DNA from: a virus
Length of the DNA: 64,000 nucleotides
Virus record (IMG/VR): IMGVR_UViG_3300008121_000001
Span: 1-64,000 of that record
Strand: one strand, 5' to 3'
The notes below the pieces were generated by a model. It made no database searches and was not told the DNA's origin. It saw only the letters and a list, made by a program, of their open reading frames with translations. Both the position numbers and the translations under genes were made by a program. Below, piece after piece: positions 57,202 to 64,000 of the stretch. Each line of letters opens with the position of its first letter. The stretch's first letter is position 1.

Positions 57202-58188
57202 ATGACAGAAGATAAGGAAACGTGGATTTTGTACCGTACCGAAAATTTGTTAAATCATAAAATTTATGTTGGTGTACACAAACTTACCGACACTTACAGG
57301 TCTAAAAATTATCTTGGAAGTGGTGATGCTTTGAAACCAGCCATTAAAAAACATGGCAGGGAAAATTTCACCAGAGTTACCCTAGCAGAGTTTAACTGTG
57401 CCGAAGATGCTTACTTAGCTGAAGAAGTTATGGTTACTCAAGAATTTGTTAATCGTCCAGATACCTATAACATGAAAGTAGGGGGAATGGGGGGTAAGGG
57501 ACTTATTTTTACCAAAGAACATAGAGCAAAAATAGGGGCTGCCAATAAAGGCAGGGTAAAGAGTATCGAAACCCGATTAAAACTTAGCGCTTCCAATAAA
57601 GGGAAAGTACATAGCGAAGAGACAAAAGCTAAAATTGGAGCAAAAAATAAAGGTAACAAACATATGCTCGGTAAAAAACTTAGCGAAGAAACTAAGGCAA
57701 AAATTAGTGCGGCAGGTAAAGGTAGGGAACTAAGTGAGGAGGCGAGAGCTAGGATAGGGGAGGCAAACAGAACAAGAGTTCTAACAGCAGAATCCAGAGC
57801 AAAAATTAGTGCTGCAAATAAAGGGAATAAACACACTCTAGGCAGAAAATTAACTGACGAACACAAAGCAAAAGTCAGTGCTGCACATAGAGGTAAGATA
57901 GTATCGGAAGAAACTAGAGCTAAACTCAGCAATAGTCTTAAAGGTGTTAATGTAGGTGCTGAACATTGTCGGAGCATAGCAATAGTGATAAACGGCAAGT
58001 ACTACGGATGCGTAGCAATAGCAGCTAAAGTAGAGAAAGTGAATCGTCAAACTATAATGGATAGAGTAAAAAATACCAGACTAAGATGGGTTGATTGGCG
58101 ATACGCTACAGAAGAGGAAAAATCAGGGCATCCTAGAAGTACAATTTTAATTGAGGAAATTCTAGATTTATCCACTCCCAAAAACTGA
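57202..58188 (+). CDS. GIY-YIG homing endonuclease with NUMOD3 repeats (Seg-like)
   Basis: LY.T.N..N.KIYVG.H, YLGSG, YNM..GG; many SEET.AKIS...KG repeats. Confidence 0.88.
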   Translation: MTEDKETWILYRTENLLNHKIYVGVHKLTDTYRSKNYLGSGDALKPAIKKHGRENFTRVTLAEFNCAEDAYLAEEVMVTQEFVNRPDTYNMKVGGMGGKGLIFTKEHRAKIGAANKGRVKSIETRLKLSASNKGKVHSEETKAKIGAKNKGNKHMLGKKLSEETKAKISAAGKGRELSEEARARIGEANRTRVLTAESRAKISAANKGNKHTLGRKLTDEHKAKVSAAHRGKIVSEETRAKLSNSLKGVNVGAEHCRSIAIVINGKYYGCVAIAAKVEKVNRQTIMDRVKNTRLRWVDWRYATEEEKSGHPRSTILIEEILDLSTPKN

Positions 58189-59527
58189 TATTGCTAAAAT
58201 CGTATCTACGTTTAGGTAAAGGTTGTACGAAGGGTTGAAAGGTTGGAGTACCATCTTCAAGATAAACACCATTACATAAACCTAAAATATTGCTGGCTAT
58301 AATGAAGGCATTACTATTTGTGGCTGTGGCAGTTGTATAGGCTGTACTAGTGTCAATGTCTCCTGAATTTACTCTGAGTTTTACTTCAGAAGAACTCTTC
58401 TGTATCCATACATGATTCCACTGATGGATAACTGGAGTCCAAGGTACTGAAATTAATATGCTGCCATTTACACTTACCTCAAGATTATTTGAAATTGTCT
58501 TAGCTAACTTGAAAATTCCAGCTTTCTCCGTGAAAATAATAAGTCTACCATTCGTAGCTTGTGTAAAATACACAAAAGTATTCAGTGTGAACTCATTAGG
58601 AAAAACCACACCTTCATACTGCACATTGGTAGTTGAGCCACAAATAAGACACTCCGTCCCAAACAACTTATTTTCTGACTCATATTCAATACCTACCATT
58701 GAGGATATTTTTGAATTGCTGCTCTGGTCACTTAACCTACCATTGAAATCTAAGTGTAGGAGGCTCGAACTGTTGCTTGGTGAAGTATATGTCGCCAAAT
58801 TTATCTCTGGGTCGCTGACGCGCAAAACAAGGCTATTGGAGTAGATAACTGAACTTGGCTTTAGCGTCGTGGGTATAGCTATATCTGCCTCGAACCAAAT
58901 ATTGTTACTTGCATCTGTAATTCTCGCAAGATTTATTGTGCTGTTGATACTCGGTAAAGTCTGCGTGTTACCGTACTCGAAAAATATCTCGCCAAGTGTA
59001 CCAATTTCACGTTCTGACCACTTAGCTGCTGTCAAGCTAATGGTTGCTTGTAATGTACCACTGTTGTCGTAATATTTGGCGCTTAGTGAGCTGGGAAAAG
59101 TGTTTGTTCCCTTAAAAAGTAAGTTGAGTATCGCGTTGCTTAGCTTGGCTGTGCCGAAGTCCAGTGTCAGTGTTACACCTGTGTCTGCGTAGAGAGTCAA
59201 TTCTGAGCCAGTCTCTATGGTGACATCAAGTGCAACAGTATCAAAAACAATGCCGTCAGAGGTAGTAAGACGGAGGAAAATGGGGTCTGCATAGTCGGCT
59301 ATCGCCTCTCCGAAGTTGATATCATTTTCATTTTGTACTGAATTATCTGTCACGTCCCAGTAGCTTGCGTCTAATGGTAGCGCTGAGATACCAAACAGTG
59401 TTGAGGTGATGTTGGTATTCGTATTGTCGAGAATGGTTGCTGCTATAGGGAGAGCAGCCGATGTAATTGGTTGTTCTCGTATTACTTTTTCTGTGATGTC
59501 AACGCAAGTGCTGAAAAGGGTAGTCAT
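58133..59527 (-). CDS. Virion structural protein with C-terminal LamG-like domain
   Basis: LLHLDFNG...FG...FTL...QWNHV pattern. Confidence 0.6.
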   Translation of the reverse strand: MTTLFSTCVDITEKVIREQPITSAALPIAATILDNTNTNITSTLFGISALPLDASYWDVTDNSVQNENDINFGEAIADYADPIFLRLTTSDGIVFDTVALDVTIETGSELTLYADTGVTLTLDFGTAKLSNAILNLLFKGTNTFPSSLSAKYYDNSGTLQATISLTAAKWSEREIGTLGEIFFEYGNTQTLPSINSTINLARITDASNNIWFEADIAIPTTLKPSSVIYSNSLVLRVSDPEINLATYTSPSNSSSLLHLDFNGRLSDQSSNSKISSMVGIEYESENKLFGTECLICGSTTNVQYEGVVFPNEFTLNTFVYFTQATNGRLIIFTEKAGIFKLAKTISNNLEVSVNGSILISVPWTPVIHQWNHVWIQKSSSEVKLRVNSGDIDTSTAYTTATATNSNAFIIASNILGLCNGVYLEDGTPTFQPFVQPLPKRRYDFSNISFWEWINLEFPQLKLYF

Positions 59528-59603
59528 TGTTATATCTTACCATCGGAGTATTGCAAAACTGCTACAACGTATATAAAATGGCTAAATAAATTGAGGCGAT
59601 ACC

Positions 59604-59963
59604 ATGCCAGACACATTAGAATCTATTTACGAAGAACTGAATAAAAACTGCGCTGTTACCGAATACCTCAACCAGCAACAGAAAGAAAACAACGAGAATT
59701 ACGTGAAGCTGATGCGTAAAAAGTGGTGGTTACTCAATCCTGATATCGTTGAGATTTCTTACCTCACGGACTTAGATACTGACTACTCTGGTTCTGATTG
59801 GGGCAGCTATCCATCGATTTTGTGGAAGACTGTATTTGATAAAGAGGGTAACGATGTTGTGTACACAAGAGATACATCAGGCTATCCTGCACTTGAGTCT
59901 GAGATTACTGACGAGGAAACTGTTATTACTGTTCGGAATCCGTACCTAGAGGATGTTGCTTAA
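59604..59963 (+). CDS. Hypothetical protein
   Basis: Preceded by TTGCAA-17 nt-TAAAAT (59551-59579). Confidence 0.6.
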   Translation: MPDTLESIYEELNKNCAVTEYLNQQQKENNENYVKLMRKKWWLLNPDIVEISYLTDLDTDYSGSDWGSYPSILWKTVFDKEGNDVVYTRDTSGYPALESEITDEETVITVRNPYLEDVA

Positions 59964-60369
59964 CATGAAAAAATTATTACGCAGTTGGATTGAATCTCTA
60001 TACGAAGCTACCGAGTCTTGGGTAGAGCCTGAATTGCCAAGTCGGGAATTTTATACTGCTGGTCGAACTTCGGAGGATGTTAGGAAAGAAGAATACATCA
60101 AGTCATGTCCTTTCAGAATTGCAATGCACCATGTAGAGAAATATTACAAAATAGCTCCCCGTTATGATGGACGCGAGAAAGATGCACCAGATTGGGTACA
60201 AACTTCATATTGGTACGTGATTCACAAACGTACAGGTATTCTTTGCGAGAAACCTTACGACTCACAACGAGAAGCAGAGAGAGCTATTACTGACTATTGG
60301 GAGGAACACTATAAAGAGTGGGTTTCCAAGAATTTACACAAGATTGAAATACCAAATCGAAGCTGGTAG
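59953..60369 (+). CDS. Hypothetical protein
   Basis: Packed ORF. Confidence 0.55.
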   Translation: MLLNMKKLLRSWIESLYEATESWVEPELPSREFYTAGRTSEDVRKEEYIKSCPFRIAMHHVEKYYKIAPRYDGREKDAPDWVQTSYWYVIHKRTGILCEKPYDSQREAERAITDYWEEHYKEWVSKNLHKIEIPNRSW

Positions 60370-60436
60370 TATCTCAAGCGCCGATGGGCTGTGAAGATTT
60401 ATCCTGAATAATAATAACAATAATATAGGAAATCCT

Positions 60437-60539
60437 TGTACAGACCTTGGAAGCCTTACTGATTATAGAAGTTTGTACAAGATTATCTAGGAATTTACAA
60501 TATTTGTACAAGAGTATGGTGTACAATAAGTTAAGTACA
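60437..60539. repeat. Cluster of TGTACA palindromes (operator/iteron-like)
   Basis: TGTACA at 60437, 60474, 60505, 60520; near matches at 60494 and 60534. Confidence 0.55.
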
Positions 60540-60551
60540 ATAATACTTGAC

Positions 60552-61184
60552 ATGAACAACTTAGATAAGGCAATATTAAAAAGACCACCAGATGTAGAAA
60601 TGGCAGCGCTAGTGTTTTCCGAAACTACCTCTATAACTCTTGAGCAAGGCAGGGAAGTCTCTATGGCTATCCTACCAACGATTGCAGGGTTACAAAAATC
60701 ATTAGATAAGCTACAACAGACAGTTGAAAATACCCAACGACTAACAGCGCCAAACATAGCTAGATACTTTTTAGCTAACCCACATATTTTAGAAGATTTT
60801 GAGATTGTGGAGGATGATGAGCAAGATACTGTACAAGTTCTGTACAAGGGTAGTTCTGCCAACAATGTAATTCGTCGTGCTTACAACAAAATTACTGCCG
60901 AACTCATGAAAACGTTCGGTTGCAAGGATGTATCTTTCAAAACAATGTCAGAGGCGATATTAAAAGCTTACGACTGGAAAATGATGTCTACAAATGATTC
61001 AGTGGATATCTCTATTTTGAATGTTGCCTATAGTTTCAACAGATTATTCACTACGGCAGATATCAAGAAAGCCATACCTAGCTTAAACTGGTCAAAAGAA
61101 GAAATTTCAGATTTACTTTTAGGTAATGGTTACACACTGAGGACTTACCCTTCAAACCGAGTCAAATACTTTAAAAAACCATGA
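60552..61184 (+). CDS. Hypothetical protein, possible DNA-binding
   Basis: Likely start MNNLDK; C-terminus resembles a winged helix. Confidence 0.5.
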   Translation: MNNLDKAILKRPPDVEMAALVFSETTSITLEQGREVSMAILPTIAGLQKSLDKLQQTVENTQRLTAPNIARYFLANPHILEDFEIVEDDEQDTVQVLYKGSSANNVIRRAYNKITAELMKTFGCKDVSFKTMSEAILKAYDWKMMSTNDSVDISILNVAYSFNRLFTTADIKKAIPSLNWSKEEISDLLLGNGYTLRTYPSNRVKYFKKP

Positions 61185-61516
61185 ACAAAGTACTCACAAA
61201 TTTCCGCGACCATCCCTCACTCCGCTTCGATGACCCACAATCTGTCTTCAAAATCGACGATAAAGTGTATCTTATCAGTGAAGGTGTTGTAAGACAAATT
61301 ATTCCTAAGAGTGTACAACTAACTAACATCGGGGAACCTTACCGTAATTTAGTGAGGCTCAATTATTTCTTTGCTGCTGAAGCATATCTTTTCGACTTTA
61401 CCGATGTACTTAACGAGCAGCATCAATTGTGTATCGACTTTGCCCCAGAAGATGAAGAAACACTGAGGCAACTAATCAGCCCTGAGACAGATGCAGAAAA
61501 GAGAATTGACGCTTAG
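61181..61516 (+). CDS. Hypothetical protein
   Basis: ATGA overlap. Confidence 0.6.
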   Translation: MNKVLTNFRDHPSLRFDDPQSVFKIDDKVYLISEGVVRQIIPKSVQLTNIGEPYRNLVRLNYFFAAEAYLFDFTDVLNEQHQLCIDFAPEDEETLRQLISPETDAEKRIDA

Positions 61517-61768
61517 TATTGGTTTGTTGTGATTCGAGGCGCTAATGCTGACACTACTGCTTAACTTGGTCACTTACCTTTTACTATCCCTGCTTGCAAT
61601 TATTACAGTCTGCCTCATACTATTTTTTCTGTCTCTGCTTGTTGACGGTGTAGTTGAAAGGTTTAAGAGTTAATATGTTCTCTCACCTAATTTTGCCACT
61701 CATGATGGCGCTCGTCATCCCTGCACTTCTTGGCTACATTGCATTGAAACTTTACTTTGGTAACTAAT

Positions 61769-62248
61769 ATGACCGCACCACAAATTCTCGCTGTCTCTAA
61801 CACCACTACCGAACTTTCGCCTGAAGAGAATGAGTTGCTCCTTTCTGCAATCAACTTGAGCAGTCAAGAAAAGAGCGTCCAAGCCGAGTTGAAGGACGTA
61901 AAGGTAAAAGTAACCCAACTGTTCACTAAACGCTTTGACACCGCAAAAACTGGCACAATCGCGAAGCTTGGCAAGAGCAGCATTCAGGTCAAGCGCAAAG
62001 CTAGCAAAGTCGTGTTGACCGATGAGCTAATTCAACTGAGAGAAACTATCGATGACGCAATCACAGACCACATTGCATCCAACGAAGGTGAAATTCTAAA
62101 GCTGAAAGAGCAAATCGAAGCTTTGCAACAACAGATTCTAGCACTGCAAATCAGTGATGAAATCTTGATGATGGAGTTTGACTTCAAACAACGTGTTGCT
62201 GCATTGAAATCTCCTGAACCAGAATATGAAGTAGCAATTAAGGTGTGA
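61769..62248 (+). CDS. Hypothetical coiled-coil protein
   Basis: Heptad-rich ORF. Confidence 0.6.
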   Translation: MTAPQILAVSNTTTELSPEENELLLSAINLSSQEKSVQAELKDVKVKVTQLFTKRFDTAKTGTIAKLGKSSIQVKRKASKVVLTDELIQLRETIDDAITDHIASNEGEILKLKEQIEALQQQILALQISDEILMMEFDFKQRVAALKSPEPEYEVAIKV

Positions 62249-62854
62249 TATGGCTGAATACACACAACAAATCTACTACACTGTAACAGGCAGAAGAAGG
62301 AAATCTACCCTAAAAGATTGGCTTCTGTGGTTATTATGGTTCCCTAAAGACGTGGTTGAAGAGAATGTGTTTACCGCGCAAGACATTGTATCAACTATCT
62401 TCAAGTTTCAATATTCAGGATACGACCAAATCGAAATCATTCAAAAGCGCGGAGATAAAGAATACTAATGAAACGTGACTCCCGCATCAAACATCGATTC
62501 GTCACAGTCTTCCCCGTTGACTTTTTTCGCGGTAAACATAAATGTCGTGATGGAGTTGAGCGTAGTGTTGTATGGCATAGACCTTGGAAGCTTGGAGGAG
62601 TGATTTTTATTCCTCTGTTTCAGTTTGAGATATGCCCTAGATTTGGTAATAGAGATAGCTACTGCTATTTTACCCTTAGATTTATCTGGTGGCAAATTAA
62701 CGGGTATTTTTGGTACAGCAAATGAGTATTCTTCACCCCAAGAAATTAGATACGATTTTCAAACAAGAAATTGCAAAGTATAGATACAAACCCAACTGGG
62801 AATTTTTTGCTAATCCTTATAATGAACTAATCATTCCACCAATAATGGATAATC

Positions 62855-63136
62855 ATGGAACCTAAAAACAGAATCTACGTTGTGGCAGTCTACGCTGAAA
62901 TTAGAAATAGCGAGGACACGTACAACAATATCTACACAGTTCTGCTCGATGAGCCAGATGAAACCGAGCAAGATGCAATCAACATGGGTAGAATACTTTT
63001 CGTCGCTGATGTACTGAGAGACTCAAAACTTGATGTCATGGGTGAGACTGTGATAAGTAAAGACGACATTTGCATCTGCTACATCGGATGCAGAGAAATC
63101 ACTGCTGAAGACCTTGACCCTGAGAGCTATGAGTAA
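62855..63136 (+). CDS. Hypothetical protein
   Basis: Packed ORF. Confidence 0.55.
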   Translation: MEPKNRIYVVAVYAEIRNSEDTYNNIYTVLLDEPDETEQDAINMGRILFVADVLRDSKLDVMGETVISKDDICICYIGCREITAEDLDPESYE

Positions 63137-63139
63137 ATT

Positions 63140-64000
63140 ATGAAAAGAATCCAAGCAGAACAAAATACAATTCTATTAAGCCTTACTGGGTCTAGATTGT
63201 ACGGTATTGAGAATGAGGATAGTGATTACGATTACAAAGGTATCTGTATTCCTTCCATAGACTATTTCATTGGCACTAAGACATTTGAGCAGCTAGATAG
63301 CTTTAATGAGCCAACCTGCGTATTTCCTATACTGACAGGTACAGATAGTGTCATTTATAATCTGAAAAAATTTTGCCATCTGGCGACTTTGAACAACCCT
63401 AATATTCTAGAGGTTCTTTATGTTGACCCTAAAAATTATATTGTGTGTAGTGGGGCGGCAAAGCAACTGATTGCTATTCGAGATTCATTCTTGTCCCAGA
63501 AAGTTTATTACAGCTATTCAGGTTACGCTCACGCTCAAATTCGTAAGGTTGACACACATAGGAAATGGCTACTCAAGTACAAAAAAGACCCTAATTTCTT
63601 TTCTGTGCCTCCAAACCCTAAAGACTTTGGACTTGACGAGAATCCTTTGAGAAAAGAGCAGTTACACGCTTTTCTTGAGTTCTTATACACTTTGATTAAA
63701 GATGCTGCTCAGTACCATGAAACCACTGTAGAGCTACTAGAAAAAATTGAATTAAAAGGTTTACTAAAAGAGAGGAAGTTGCCAGAAGAAGTACTAGACT
63801 GTGTTCAGTACTATACAAGAGCAACCAATGATTTTATGACTCTTTTAAGAGGTACTCAAGCATATAGGACTGCTCTACAAGAGTATGAAGCTTATCAGTC
63901 TTGGAAAAACAACCGCAACTCCAAAAGAGCAGAGGTAGAAGCAAAATGTGGCTACGATGGAAAACATCTGGGTCACTGCTATCGATTGTTACAAACTGGT
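63140..64000 (+). CDS. Pol-beta-superfamily nucleotidyltransferase (YcgL/RlaP-like); runs off window
   Basis: Manual translation MKRIQAEQNTILLSLTGSRLYGIENEDSDYDYKGI...NPNILEVL...GYDGKHLGHCYRLL. Confidence 0.8.
   Translation, partial: MKRIQAEQNTILLSLTGSRLYGIENEDSDYDYKGICIPSIDYFIGTKTFEQLDSFNEPTCVFPILTGTDSVIYNLKKFCHLATLNNPNILEVLYVDPKNYIVCSGAAKQLIAIRDSFLSQKVYYSYSGYAHAQIRKVDTHRKWLLKYKKDPNFFSVPPNPKDFGLDENPLRKEQLHAFLEFLYTLIKDAAQYHETTVELLEKIELKGLLKERKLPEEVLDCVQYYTRATNDFMTLLRGTQAYRTALQEYEAYQSWKNNRNSKRAEVEAKCGYDGKHLGHCYRLLQTG

Noticed and set aside
57465-57998. 177 aa minus-strand repetitive ORF
   Set aside because: Antisense shadow of the NUMOD3 repeats; most other short minus-strand ORFs overlapping + strand genes were dismissed for the same reason.
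1-64000. CRISPR array, stop-codon reassignment, introns or inteins in polA/nrdJ
   Set aside because: No regularly spaced repeats seen; core genes are intact in code 11 with TAG, TGA and TAA all used as stops; polA and nrdJ are uninterrupted with no intein motifs.

Overview
A 64 kb segment of a large, AT-rich, lytic-type dsDNA phage genome read with the standard genetic code. The host is probably a cyanobacterium, inferred from the cyanobacterial-type tmRNA tag, a KGFG-motif peptide and a cyanobacterial-type RHH protein. Almost all genes are on the + strand. About 22 kb of short early hypothetical genes comes first, including a DUF932-like protein, a tRNA nucleotidyltransferase-like protein and a DenV-like glycosylase. 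A dense RNA locus follows at 22.4-26.7 kb. Next is a replication and nucleotide-metabolism block: Sak4-like ATPase, SSB, dUTPase, exonuclease, primase, AAA helicase, dNMP kinase, family A DNA polymerase, class II RNR with a PduO-like adenosyltransferase, ThyA, NADAR-like and macro-domain proteins, and PhoH. Four free-standing homing endonucleases and scattered minus-strand virion-type genes are also present. The RNA locus is the most striking part, and all of its structures were paired by eye, not by computation. It holds an array of structured RNAs, including a candidate minimal RNase P RNA and two tRNA mimics with no anticodon arm. It also holds a ~390 nt RNA with two circularly permuted tRNA-like domains, next to a DUF7873-like protein gene. 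Finally there is a permuted two-piece tmRNA whose intervening segment is an entire tRNA-Trp. Several of these units share a phage-specific promoter, GATAGA-N22-TAnnnT.
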